A stretch of 64,000 nt of DNA, taken from Patellaria atrata CBS 101060. Its lineage: Eukaryota. The DNA is taken from the NCBI GenBank assembly GCA_010093705.1, contig MU006099.1:1-64000 (forward strand). Direction: 5' to 3'. Under the pieces are notes generated by a model, which saw only the letters and a program-made list of their open reading frames with translations, searched no databases and was not told the origin of the DNA. The position numbers and the translations under genes were made by a program. Within the stretch, counting starts at the first letter, position 1, and every line of letters starts with the position of its first letter. This document shows positions 27,254 through 40,063 of the stretch, piece by piece.

Positions 27254-27545
27254 CAACCAAGTGGTCCAGCCAAAGCTAATGGTTAGATGGCTTGGGATGT
27301 TCCTAGACTCAAAACTCACCTTCAAACAGCATGTAGAAAGAAAGATTAAGAGTGCAGAAAATGCAATATACATGATTCAAAGGCTAGGAAACACACAGAA
27401 AGGTCTATCAATGCAAGCGGTGCGTAAGCTGTATATTGCATGCATCAACTCAATAGCAGACTATGGAGTACCAGTATGGTGGAACCCAAATCACAGGAAC
27501 AGCCAGCAAGTTGGAAGTATCAAACATTGCAGAACAAAGCATTAA

Positions 27546-28528
27546 TGTGAGATAAACTGGATCTGCAGGTGCATGGAATATGTCGCTTGATTCTCAAAAG
27601 AGAGGTTCTATCTAGCTGTTATATACTGCAGGTGTGTACTAAAACGGACGGAACAGTATGAAAGCTATGTCTCAGAAAATAACGAAAATAGCACCAACAC
27701 AAGAACTAAAAGATAGTGTTATGTTAGTTTAGAAACCCTAGGTTACGACGATACCGTAATTGTGGTGGTATAAGCGACTAGCTCACTACCCCTGGTTACC
27801 ACAAGAATCAACACCCCGATAGCTCCACCATGTTGAAGTATGGGTCCCCTGTTAGACTGAAGATCTTGGTGGAAAGGGTAATCAAGTGTATCTCCTACTG
27901 CCTTACGCTAGTTATTAGCATCATTCCTTTAACACAGCTGCCTAGTAGGTATCAACGCTGTTGCCTGCATGTTCTCAGTTGCCNNNNNNNNNNNNNNNNN
28001 NNNNNNNNNNNNNNNNNNNNNNNNNNNNNNNNNNNNNNNNNNNNNNNNNNNNNNNNNNNNNNNNNNNNNNNNNNNNNNNNNNNNNNNNNNNNNNNNNNNN
28101 NNNNNNNNNNNNNNNNNNNNNNNNNNNNNNNNNNNNNNNNNNNNNNNNNNNNNNNNNNNNNNNNNNNNNNNNNNNNNNNNNNNNNNNNNNNNNNNNNNNN
28201 NNNNNNNNNNNNNNNNNNNNNNNNNNNNNNNNNNNNNNNNNNNNNNNNNNNNNNNNNNNNNNNNNNNNNNNNNNNNNNNNNNNNNNNNNNNNNNNNNNNN
28301 NNNNNNNNNNNNNNNNNNNNNNNNNNNNNNNNNNNNNNNNNNNNNNNNNNNNNNNNNNNNNNNNNNNNNNNNNNNNNNNNNNNNNNNNNNNNNNNNNNNN
28401 NNNNNNNNNNNNNNNNNNNNNNNNNNNNNNNNNNNNNNNNNNNNNNNNNNNNNNNNNNNNNNNNNNNNNNNNNCGAGCGATTATCTTGATCATTTTCAGC
28501 ACCCTTACGTCTGACACACCATCTAACA
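27546..28528 (-). mobile_element. Solo LTR, family A, inserted in a LINE
   Basis: TGTGAGATAAA...CATCTAACA with TSD ATTAA (27541-27545 and 28529-28533). Confidence 0.9.
27831..28516 (+). mobile_element. LTR family B inserted in LTR family A; spans an N gap
   Basis: TSD CACCA on both sides. Termini identical to 26024-26292. Confidence 0.88.
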
Positions 28529-28845
28529 ATTAAGGATGATCTTAGGTGCCTTTAAGACTTCCCCAAGCATGGCCATGGAAATTGAAGCAGGTCTACCTCC
28601 CCCAGCTGTTAGATTTGAAAAGCTATGCAATTCTTATGCCCTCAGAACTCTAAAGTTCCACAAAAACAATCTAGTTAAGAGATTTCTCTGGGAAGAGCTT
28701 GAAAGAGATGACTTAGAAGCAACCTTAGACTCTGACTCAGAAGCAGGCAATACTCCCATCAAGTATATCACAAGACCAAACACTCAACTCCTATCCTTAT
28801 TGAAGAGAACTCAGGAGTTTATCACCAACTGGAAGACGGAAAAGA

Positions 28846-28916
28846 TGTCAGATATAAGCCTTACTGCCAAACTCGGCATTAAGGTCGGCCTTTTGCCGTA
28901 GTGGTATAATCTCACA
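28846..28916 (+). mobile_element. 71-bp TG...CA mini-element, copy 1
   Basis: TSD AAAGA. Its removal restores LINE codons EKISVHNA. One mismatch to the copy at 44804-44874. Confidence 0.92.
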
Positions 28917-29023
28917 AAAGATTTCCGTACATAATGCCCAACGTTGGAGACCAAAGTTAAAGGCGTTATTTATTGATGAAATTGAGGGTCACGCAAGGTG
29001 GCTGGATATCAGATGGCTGGATA

Positions 29024-29434
29024 TGTGAGATTGTGGGTAACTGAATGTAGTCGCTTGATTCTCCGTACAACTACGGATTCTATCTAGTGTTTATATAACG
29101 ACAGACCACCTTATTGATTAACCCTTTAACGTCACGAAGCCTAGCTACGTAATCTCCAAATCAAGGCGAACATAACGATACTACCTACGTCAGATATAAA
29201 ATAAGAGATGACATCAAAAGAGTGAGCTAATGTTATAGTTTTGNNNNNNNNNNNNNNNNNNNNNNNNNNNNNNNNNNNNNNNNNNNNNNNNNNNNNNNNN
29301 NNNNNNNNNNNNNNNNNNNNNNNNNNNNNNNNNNNNNNNNNNNCGAGCATTTAGCTCTGAAGATCTCCAACACGAACTCCTGGAGATCCTGACGATCTTC
29401 CAACATAAGGCTATCGGGGATCGGCCATCTGACA
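29024..29434 (+). mobile_element. Solo LTR, family C; spans an N gap
   Basis: TGTGAGATTG...CATCTGACA. Near-identical to 42470-42806. No TSD. Confidence 0.88.
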
Positions 29435-29443
29435 CTACCTCTT

Positions 29444-29809
29444 CAACCAAGTGGTCTAGCCAAAGCTAATTGTTAGATAGTTTGGGATGTTCCTAGACTC
29501 AAAAACTCACCTTTAAACAGTATGTAGAAAGAAGGATTTAGAGTATAGAAAATGCAATATACATGATCTAAAGGGTAGGAAACACATAGAAAGGTCTATT
29601 AATGTAAGCGGTGCGTAAGCTGTATATTGCATGCGTTAACTCAATAGCAGACTATAGAGTACCAGTGTGGTGGAACCCTAATCATCAGAATAGTTAGCAA
29701 GTTAGTAGATATTAAACCCTATAGAAAAAGGCACTAAGAATGATTTTAGGTGCCTTTAAGAATTCTCTAAGTATGGCTATAGAGATTGAAGTAGGCCTGC
29801 CTCCTCTAG
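29444..29809 (+). mobile_element. RIP-mutated LINE RT fragment
   Basis: Colinear with 27254-27545 plus 28534-28605, with many C>T and G>A changes that create stops. Confidence 0.85.
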
Positions 29810-29982
29810 TGTCACGGGTTAGACCCGATAGGTATAAGTGCCTTGAATGATCCAGCGGCTTAGTCATACTGTACTTTAGCACAACGGCATATGCTGTCTC
29901 AACACTTTCTTTCCTTAAGTTTAAACTTCATGTACATGTAGCAATATACCTTTCAGCTTCCATCCGAGGTTGAGCCTTGACA
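29810..29982 (+). mobile_element. Probable solo LTR, family G
   Basis: TGTCA...TGACA termini and internal TATAA. It truncates the LINE fragment. Single copy here, no TSD. Confidence 0.55.
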
Positions 29983-30350
29983 CTGAAAGATGCAATGGCA
30001 GGCTCACGGACGCGCAGATCTTGGACTAGCTGTGAACTGCGTACTGTAGAAAAGGGGTTGCTGACGACTGGCCGATAGATGTATCGCCCTGGGAATAGTA
30101 AAGATAGAGGAATAGGGGTTGAGCGAGTTGCCCTAGGCGGAACGAATGCAGTTTAATGATATACTATACTGGAGCACTGAAAGAATAGATAGTTATATAC
30201 GAGAAATGGATAGGAGTTCGTGAGCAAAATTCGTCTCTCTTTACGGTACCATTTTTCGAATCGTGAGAACTGAAATCTGAAATCTACTCTCTAAAAACGT
30301 CCAGTAAAACGGCAAACACACTCTAAATATTTTCTTCTTACCCCTACTAC

Positions 30351-31194
30351 CTACTCCCTCCATTCCGCTTTGACCTCAAGAAACTCCACCTGCAACTCCG
30401 CCTCCCCAGCTACGTTGCCCTCCGCCGCTGGTCTCGCCACATACGCACCCGCTTCAACATTCCACCCTACATCCTCATCCGCAAAGAACCAACACACCTC
30501 TCTCAACGGCTTCTTGACCTCCTCTCCCGTCCCATTCTTCAGAATCTGATAAACCCACAAACTCTTCCCATTAACATCGCTCTCCCTTTGCGCAAGGATC
30601 GTAATCGTCCCATCTCCACTGGTCCCACACTCCTCACCCTCACCGGATCCACTAACGGTTACGATCTGGGTTTGGGTCTGGTTGGGAGCGGCGAAGGCAA
30701 GACCCTCGGGCACGGCGAGACTCCAATCGGACCACCTGTCAGTCGCAACGGTTCCGAGGAAGGGAGTCCCTTGGTACAGCTCGATGCCTGATTTGACCCA
30801 GCGGGCAGGATCGTAGGTGCTGGGAATGGTGGGCGAGGTGAGGGAAAGGAGGAGGCCGGCTTGGTCGTAGAGGTTTGTATAGCCGGCGAGGGGGCGGAAG
30901 GTGGCAGTTAGGGAGACGAAGGTGCAGAGAGCGCGGGGTGGGAAAAGGAGGGAAGGGGCTAGGGGTTTAGTTAGTTCGGGATTGTTTGAGTGTCGGATTG
31001 GGGCGGGCGTATGAATGTGTGTGATTGTGAGGATAATTTGTGTTCTTCTGTATTTAGATTTTGCGAAAAGAATGGAGCTGGCTGTTACCGTTGAATGCAT
31101 CTCTACTTGGCGGTTTGCGCCAAAGATCAGTGCCGGGGCCAGCACGTAGAGTGAATGGAGTATCGAGGGTGGTTATGAGGGGTTCCGAAGACAT
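30351..31194 (-). CDS. DUF1349 (Ree1-like, ConA-like fold) protein; intron 30959-31088
   Basis: Exon 1 is MSSEPLITTLDTPFTLRAGPGTDLWRKPPSRDAFN, spliced (GTAACA...CTAAC...TAG) to APSLLF...LYDQAGLLL...WVKSGIEL...WSDWSL. Confidence 0.88.
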
Positions 31195-31972
31195 TCCTAA
31201 GTGGGTCTTGAGGGAGATATGATCAAAGATCTCTGGATAATATGGTCTGTGCTGTGATATGATTCCAACCGAGTTGAAGAAGTTTTGAAGCGAGGAAAAC
31301 GTAAATACGAATTTCCAGACGTCAAGGATCCAAAGATGAGATTATATGACAAACCAGGTTCCTGTAATCGTCAATAGAATCTTCTGTTGTAGTCTTGTGC
31401 TATTACGAATTGATATTTCAGAGGTTGAAGTTGGAAAATGAGATGAGACTGGAATCCCCTTTATAGAGAAGTTCGATGAAGAATGCAAGGTAATGGAGCT
31501 TGTAACTAGTTAGCTAGATTTGAAATATCTATAGACAATTCAGCCAATCACAAAGATTTATAGACGATGCAGCCAATCATCGAGTGGTGAAACGGCATTT
31601 CAACTGCGTGTCGACTGCATACGACGTTGGAATACGAATAAGTTCTAATGCGGGGATTTCTTGGCGAATGGTATCATCAATGGAAGTTCCCTAGGTACCT
31701 GTCTTGCAGACCTATTGCTACGGCACTTCGGGAAAACTTCCGTAAAAGTTATTCGTTTGTCGGATGCTACACTTGCGAGTATGAAAGAATGGGAATGACT
31801 GAAAATCGAAAAGTTGCATGCTTTCTGAATGAATTGTTGAACCTGGAGAAAGGTCTACAATTGATGGAGACAGTTACGAAGAAAGAAGTTTGATATGGAT
31901 TTCCACAAAAAAATCGCAAAATTCATCCGAACCGCGGGCGATATATTTACGCTGTATACAGATTCTCTAAGT

Positions 31973-33007
31973 CTACTTCTTCTCGCCTTCCTTGGGTGGC
32001 TCAGGCTTTGGAGTTGGTAATTTGAACTTTCATAATTAGCATCTAAACGGGAATAGCTACATCTATGATTTAAGACTTACTGTGTCAGGGGTCTTATTGT
32101 CACCAGGACCAACCGGTTCCCAGACCGAACTTCCACCTCTGAAATTTCTGAAAGCTTGCGTCATTTCTAAAGGCTCTACCACAATTCGCTTCTTTTCCTC
32201 ATCATATCTGATCTCCGTGTAACCTGTCATAGGGAAATCTTTTCTTAGGGGATGCCCGTCAAAACCATAATCTGTCATAATTCGTCGCAAGTCTGGATGA
32301 TCGACGAAAAAGACACCAAACAGATCGTATACCTCCCGTTCATACCAATTAGCACCATCATAAAGACATGTAACGGAGGGGACTGGAGTCGCTTCGTCGG
32401 CATAGGTCTTGACCCGAATACGGCTGTTGTGTCTCACGCTCAAAAGGTTATATACAACCTCAAATCTCTGGTCTTTTGTCGGATAATCGACAGCAGTTAC
32501 GTTAGTGAGCTGGGTGAATTCAGCAGCTGTGTGATACTTAAGAAATGTCATAACCGGTATGACACCAGAAGGAGGAACGCAGACTGTGAGCTCGTCTTTC
32601 CATACAGAAAATCTACGCTGTTATGTCAATGTTGAACTAAGCATTTCGGATATTGATAAATGTACTGCTGGATGTATCTAGGTAGACAAGATAGTAAATA
32701 TTGCCCATATGTATGAAGGGTTTTATTTTTCTCCTCAAACTTGTCGACTGGATTGACGATTGGTGCTTTGAGAGGTTCCATCGGCGCCCTTTGGGCATAC
32801 TATTTAAGGAACCGTTAGCGCTATAATGGACATTCATGACTGGACATAAATTACCCTCATATTGGGAGTATCCACATTCCCTGAAACAACTTTCTCTGCT
32901 CTTGACAACGTACTCGAAGTAAATGCGCGTATGATCTGGGGGTTTGCGGAGCTAGAGGATCGCAATGTAGCGGCCAGGAACCTGGCAGAGGGCGGTCGGA
33001 CAGGCAT
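31973..33007 (-). CDS. NDUFS3: NADH:ubiquinone oxidoreductase 30 kDa subunit, mitochondrial precursor; three introns
   Basis: [32 protein letters not shown] and [23 protein letters not shown]. Arg/Ser-rich presequence [18 protein letters not shown]. Confidence 0.96.
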
Positions 33008-33175
33008 AATGAACTTCGCCTTTGATGAAACTTCAACCTAGATAAACAGGCTGCTCATCCAGTGAATTTAGGTAGCAATTGAGGAATAGATGTAAGGTAG
33101 TTCTTGTGTTGAGACGATTCGATGATCCATGGAGAGCTCCAGTCGCTTGGCAGTTCAGACCGTGGAAAGAGCAGC

Positions 33176-33183
33176 TCACGTGA
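33176..33183. promoter_or_regulatory. E-box TCACGTGA in the NDUFS3/NOT4 divergent promoter
   Basis: Perfect Cbf1/bHLH palindrome in a head-to-head intergenic region of about 460 bp. Confidence 0.4.
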
Positions 33184-33463
33184 TCCGGCTAAACCTCTTA
33201 ACTCAACGGCGCCGCGACCACCTCACCTGCGCTTTTCCTCTATTACTGCTCCCTTTCCATTGCATTTCTCTTTAATCCACACCCAAAATCGACCAAGACA
33301 TCTCTCTTTCCATTCCACCTCACGGACGGCGTTGTTTTGCTTTTTTACCCTTTGTATATCTCACAACGAGGTTTCCTAACACTTCATCGCCACGGCGTTC
33401 AATCTCTAATCTCGTCCAAAATCTTTGCTTTGGCAGCACATATTACACTTCACGCTCTACACA

Positions 33464-36400
33464 ATGTCGCGAAGTGAACATGATCAGTTCATCGACGATG
33501 ACGAGGAAGAAACCTGTCCTCTCTGCGTCGAGGAGTTCGACCTTTCAGACAAGAACTTCCGCCCATGTCCTTGCGGGTATCAGGTATGCTTCTTCTATAT
33601 GATTATTATAGTTGTGACGCGCAACTAATCGACATTGTCCAGATATGCCAGTTCTGCTACAATAATATTAAGACGACGATGAACGGTCTGTGTCCCGCCT
33701 GTAGACGGAAATATGACGACAAGAACATAGAGTGGAAGGTTGTCAGCGCAGAAGAGTAGGAGCTTGCCCACACAATAATTTGATTTTAACAACTGACACT
33801 ATTTAGAATGGCAAGCTACAGAGCAGATCAGGCACAGCAGGCGAAAAAGAAGGCTGCGGCGAAACAAAAAGAAGCGCAAAGGCGCGAGGCTGATAGCCTG
33901 AGTCTTAAACATCTGGCTGGCATGCGTGTAGTCCAGAAGAATCTTGTCTATGTCACGGGTCTTAGTCCAACCATCAGAGAGGATCAACTTTTACAAACCC
34001 TTCGTGGAGACCAGTACTTTGGTCAATATGGCAAGATTGTTAAGATTGTAGTCAGCAAGGCCAAAGATACCAGTCACCCCCAACAATCAGTTGGCGTCTA
34101 CGTCACATTTGCAAGGAAAGAAGATGCCGAAAGCTGTATCACCGCCGTCGATGGGTCTCAGAATGGCGATAGGGTACTAAGGTAAGCAGAGTATCACAGT
34201 AATCCAATACCTTACTAATACTGAGATTTTCACTAGAGCACAATACGGCACTACTAAGTACTGTTCGGCCTATCTACGGGGTGAGACTTGCAACAATCGA
34301 AATTGCATGTTCCTCCATGAACCTGGAGAAGCAAATGAGAGCTTCACTCGCCAAGACCTCTCTTCGAGGAACTCTAAACCTACTCAGCAGCCCGCTCAAT
34401 CACAAAACAACCCCTCGCATCCACCTCAACCCCAACCTCCTCCCCAACAAGCTCCTCAATCCATCGCAGCAGCGAAACGTCCGGATAGCAAAGATGGGGG
34501 GAATGCCACCGATGGAGGAGGTGATGGACCGGCTCTTCCATCGACCGCTAACTGGGGAAATAAGTCAAACCAAGCACACCAAAGGCGTGCAAGTCATGCA
34601 ACAACTGAATCCGCAGCAAGTCCAACTGTGTTAACTTCAGCTCCGGCGGTATCTACGACAGAGCCAAATAAGTCAAAAGCGGAGGGCAAGAAGCCGGTCA
34701 AAGAGCAGGACAGACAGTCGGAAACCGTAGAAATTTCTTCTAGTACGCCCCAACAAGTTGCAGCAAAACCGTCGATACCATTCCGAATGAGTTCTTCATC
34801 CATGCCTCACCTAGAACGTTGCTGTAAAGTAATCGCTGAGAATTATTCTAAGAAGTATACATACAACCCGGACGGTATCAAAGGCTTTACTGAAGAGGAT
34901 AAGAAAATTGTCGAAAATTTTCCAGACCTATTCGACATAGAAAACGGGCCCAGGTTATACGTACAGAGACGCGAAAGAGCAGCTCGAGAGAAACAACAGG
35001 CAGAAGCTCGAGCGGCAGCCCAAGTGGCAGCCCAAACGGCAGATACTACTGGGGACCAAGAAGAACATCCTGAAGGAGGTAGCTTACAGCTAGGTGGTGA
35101 GCCAGAAGAGCGTCAAGATATGAGTGCCGGACAGTCGCAACACGCAATTCAACCACCTTCTCAACAACAACTTCTTGGGTTGAATCGAAACTATCCTCTT
35201 AGCGAGGATTTTACCAACCTTGGTCCTGGGAATCGTGGCCTTACCCCTCAACAGCAACAGCAAATTCTCCTACAGCAGTTCAAGACCAGTAATTCGAACG
35301 CAAATACCCTACTCAATCCGCAAGCATCTTCACAGCAAGCCCAGGGCCAGTCCCAACCATATGCACCGGGCCATGCTAGACAGACGTCCCGATTCTCTTT
35401 CGCAAACGATTCTGCTTCGGCTTCTGCAAACATCAAACCAGTAGGAAATGCGAAGCTCATGAACCAACAGGCGGCAATGATGCCCCAAAATACAAGCCAT
35501 TCCAACTTTATCTCTCAGCCGCAATCAGCTGGGAACCACTTTTTCAGTAGCGGCGTTCAAGGACCACCTCCTGGTCTTAAGACTACCGGTACTCCTCCTG
35601 TTAGCGGGGGCGGGATGTTCGGTCAGGGCCATGGGTTTGCGACAAGCACAATTGGATACGGTGCGAATGCAGCAGCTAGGAGCTCGAATGAAGAAATGAT
35701 GAGAGAGCTCTTGCGGGGACGTGGGGCTAATACCAGCGTGCAAGATCCAGCAAAGCGTGAGTTAATGTTTCCTTCTTTCCTTTCACAGCACCCTTCCTCG
35801 ACCTCCACTCCAACATCAACCCCTGGCCTTCTAAGCTTCCCTTATGGACCTCAGCCTGGAGCATACCAGGATTCTGGTTTACAGAAGCAAAAGAAAAAGG
35901 GGAAGAAGCACAGACATGCTAACACTTCCTCCTCTGGAGGCGGTGTAGTCAATGATCTTGCGGACCCGAGTGTACTTCAGGCAAGGTTGCATCAAGGCGG
36001 AGGTGTAAGCATGGGCGGCCAGGGCATCTACGCTGGACAAGGTCAAGGTGGGTTTACATCGATGTACTCTGGAAATTATGGACGATGGTAATTGTTGAAT
36101 CGTCTACACATGCATAATGATTTGGTGGATTTCTTTTATCTTTTTCGGCACATGCATCGGCGTTCTTCGGTGGATGAAGGAAGCATCAGCGGAAACCCAG
36201 CACCATCTACTTGGGCGGGTCGGATATGGCGTTTCCAGTCGTCTACGACTTTGATCGTTCAGAAAAACTTCAGCATTGAACTTTCATCCACACAACAAAC
36301 TACTAGGTCTTTTTCTCTCGGCTTCAGTGGCGCTGCATCACTGCTTCACTCGGATTAAAGGATGCTTGTCTCTCGTCAGTCTTGTCGGTGCCGTTTTATG

Positions 36401-39161
36401 TACGTAAATCTCCCGTCCGATATCCCTGTCAGTAGACAAATCGCTCACGATTTGGACAGGTCGGATATATCAAATGTAAAATTTTTTGTTAATGGCCACA
36501 ACGACGGGAGACTACGCGCTTACTGTGAAGTTTGACAAGTCCAGTATCTTTGTATTCGGCCATCCGCCGTCCGGGTTCCAATGACAGTTGGCTAATTTTC
36601 GACGTTTTGCGGTTCCTTGTCCAGATACCTATCGCTTACATGCATTTTAACCACACATTTACAATATATGACTATGTTTGCTAACAGCTTCAATATTAGG
36701 TGATGATGACTTTCCTCCCTTGGATTCCACAGTTAAGGGTACCAATCTTGAACTTGTCGAAACTTCCGATGGGAAACATGGTTCCATAAGTCGTGTCAAC
36801 AAGCAGACTGGTCGCTCAACACCTTCAATTCCTCCAGGGTTTCAAGGTGTTTCAAAGGCACCCTCGGATATAGCACGCCCGCATGGACCTCCGTCCACCG
36901 TTAAATCAGCTGTCCATGTCCTGTCAACACCCTCAACACAACCTCAGATACCTTTCACTCCGACTAAAAAGATCGATGCCCATAAATCTCGGATTTTGTC
37001 TCCAGATTCTAGCGATAAACTTAAAGTGGAAGATGAAGTAGCCACATCGATGTTAGGTGAAAAGAGCACGTCTAACGAAAAGAACAATGAGAGAACGGCC
37101 CTTAAGAACAATAAGCAAACGTCAAACGTTCAGAACGTTATTGAAAGTAAAGAGACAAGCTCTAGTAAAACTGGTGCAAATGGAAGTCAAGTCCTCGAGA
37201 CGACACCCAAACGTGATGCAAAATCGACCAAGAAGCCGCAAGAAAAAGAGACCACAGGTTCACAATCTCCCGTCAAATCTACTAATGAGGTTGAAATGAT
37301 CATGGAAAGCCCTGAGAGAGTGCCAATGGTCTCTGGGAAGAAACAACACCCTGGAAAGTTGGACATTGCAGCAGCAACGAGGGTTCCACAAAGTGATAAG
37401 CGTCAAGTGGAACAATCCAGCAAGACAGATACTGCATCTAAAACAAACAAGGAAGCGAATATGACTCCCTTTGTAAGTTCGAGGCCCGAAACTCCGGCTG
37501 GAGGCTCCACCGGTTCACCAATCAAAAAGGTTATTGCTCAGCCAAAGATTATTAAACTCGTTACCACTCCGAAACTTGAGGCTATACCGTCAAATTCGGC
37601 CCCGGCTATCTCAACTCCGGCTATGGCACCACCGCCAGTACCAGCGAATCCTTCAGCTAAGTTGAGGTCTCGTCAGGCAAGCATTGCATCAGTGAATATA
37701 CCCGGTACCCCCGTGAGCGAATTAGTATCAGATAGCGTGTCACTTTCATCGGCTTCAGTCTCACGAGCGAACTCACCTCCACCTAGTGCGTCTGCAACTA
37801 TAGCCCCTATTATTACTCGAAAGTCCAAGAGTCAGGCGAAGAAGGAGCGACAGGAGAGAGCACGCCAAGCATCATTAGAAAAACAAATGGAGGAAGCGCC
37901 AAAGCTCCCGACTGAAGAACCCTTGCAAACTCCCATCATAAGCCATCTAAGAAAGAGCAAGAAGCCAGCAGGTGGTAGTAGCAAATCTATCAGCGCTTCT
38001 ACATCATCTATAAGTCGCCCGGCCTCGCCATCAGGTCAGAACGAGCCCGATGATGGACAGGTGAAGGAGAAAGATATCTCTACTAAGGATAAACCTACTG
38101 TACCCGAAAAAACACCTAAAGAGAGCGAGAAACAAAAGCCTTTTGTGGAGAAGCCCTTCAATAAATCTCCTCCCCTACTACCCGTGCAGGTCCAGTCATC
38201 TAAGAAGAGTAAGGGTAAAGCCAAGCAAACCGAACCCACGCAATCACCTTCTGCCGATCAAGCTCTGGCGGATGCTGCCGAACAACTCCAGCGCGTGAAT
38301 GCGCTCATGAAAGTTACTCTCGACATGCTCTTAAAGCCGATCTCTAGCGCCAAGCATGATATCACTGCGGCAGACCTGCCGAACCGAGATGTCAAGCCAC
38401 CCTTCAGCGACCACGAAGTGGCCCAGAAAATCAAGAATGGCGAAACCATCCGCTATGGAGGTGCTGACGGCCGTACGAGCTCCCGCGGTCTAATTACACC
38501 GCAAGGCGCACATTTACGAGGTCTCACCCGTGAACAGGAAGATCGTTACTTAGAGCTTGAGAAAATGGTCAATACACTGGATAAAGGACATCCTCTCCGC
38601 TTCAACCCCTCCTCTTTTACCGGTGACGTATTGACGAAATTAACAGAGACATTGTTGACTGGGGTAGGATCGGTAGCGGTTACGACTGCAGCTGCGTTGC
38701 CACAGACAGCGGCGCAGTTGGATCGCAATGCGAAGGCAAACTTTGATGAAGCTCTCAATTTCCTCAACCAATGGGTCCTACCTACCATTCCTTCCCCCTC
38801 TGGTTCGTCAAATGGACAAGGTGGATCCAAGGGCCCTACAGCAGCAGCTACACTCGGCGCTATGCTTTCACCCACACATGAAAGTTCTATGTCATCGTTG
38901 TCGACCGTGAGCATCGGCATTGGTATCCCGGATCCGTTATCAGCTGCGGGTATTGGGTTCGGCAGCCCGATCTCTGCAACTATCGAGGGTGCTCTTCCGC
39001 CTGGATTAGAGAATCTCACAGTTGAGGCATTGGAACATGCCGTTGCGAAGAGTCGCAAAGACCATGAAGCTTTAGAGAAGAGGTTGAACAATCTAATTCG
39101 AAGGAATAGAAAGATGGTCGGGGAGAAGAATGATAAGGGAATTAAGGTTGATGCTTACTAG
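33464..39161 (+). CDS. NOT4: CCR4-NOT E3 ligase Not4; introns 33584-33642, 33756-33806, 34182-34236 and optional 36048-36699 (short form stops at 36091)
   Basis: C4C4 RING CPLCVEEFDLSDKNFRPCPCGYQ|ICQFC...CPACRR. RRM VVQKNLVYVTGL...YFGQYGKI. C3H zinc finger YGTTKYCSAY...CMFLHE. The downstream 827-aa ORF begins at a branch point and AG acceptor that is in phase. Confidence 0.93.
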
Positions 39162-40063
39162 CAGTGAGTTCCGTGACACCTTCCTGTGTGTGACGCGGTT
39201 GCTTTGTGGTGGCTGTCTAGTGTGAGTTCAGGAGTCTATGAGGTAAAGATAGTTTCGGAGATGGGTTTTTCATTCCTCTCTCGAATTCCTTCAAAAGTAC
39301 TCTTAATTCATATGGCAGTACTGCCGAGAAATGTGTAAAGGGACATGAGGAGGGTTGGTGTCGCAGTTCTCTCTTTCTTCCCCAGTACTCATACTCGATG
39401 GTCGTCTATGGCGGCAAGGGGGGTAAAGCAACGGAGTTGGTCTGGATAATGATCATGATTCTTATGTACAATACTTCACAAGCATGCATGCGGATACCAA
39501 TTGGTTGTAAGCGCTGTATTATAGTAATTACGCGTTAGATAGAGTGCAAGATCCAATAAAAACTACTTATATGTAGGTGCGCGTACGGTGGTATGTTTGT
39601 TTCGCTTCTCGTAAGCTCTACAAGGCAACTCCGCCAGCAAGTGACCAAACTATTGCTACTACCAAATATTTTAATGCTCGATAAATGGATGACATATCCT
39701 CAAGTCTCAACGCCTTTCTTCTTACCCCTATTCTTGTCCAATTTTGCGCTTGTAATTTTCACCCATAAATGGTTCCGTCAACCCTTGACCTCGCGAGGCC
39801 AGTTTTATACCTGTTAATGGAGCGTCTGACTTTAGTCTCTATATATATCATGAACTAGCTTCTATTGAAAGAGAGTGAAAGGAGAGTATAGCTTGCTACG
39901 GAACGTGTGATGTGTATCGTTAACGTCTCATCAGATCACTGAACGCTTCGGCATATAACGAAGGTTACTCTATTCTTGAAATAACCAAACAATCATCTCA
40001 TATCTCTGAGGCTTTTTGATGATATGACTGCTTTCACCGAAGATAGTGAAGCTCTGACTATTG

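Larger units (their letters stand above)
27254..28940 (+). mobile_element. LINE RT C-terminal fragment carrying three nested insertions
   Basis: VRWLGMFLDSKLTFKQH, LYIACINSIADYGVPVWW and MILGAFKTSPSMAMEIEAGLPPP. Homologous to the minus-strand copy at 49490-50080. Confidence 0.9.

Noticed and set aside
27830..28533. Long ORFs containing X runs
   Set aside because: Artefacts of translating through N gaps inside LTR B.
17000..30000. Starship-type giant element
   Set aside because: No DUF3435 tyrosine-recombinase captain or defined boundaries are recognisable in the window.
30990..31145. ORF-track N-terminus of DUF1349, suggesting a damaged gene
   Set aside because: That stretch is mostly intron. 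A canonical intron at 30959-31088 links to a proper exon 1, so the gene is intact.
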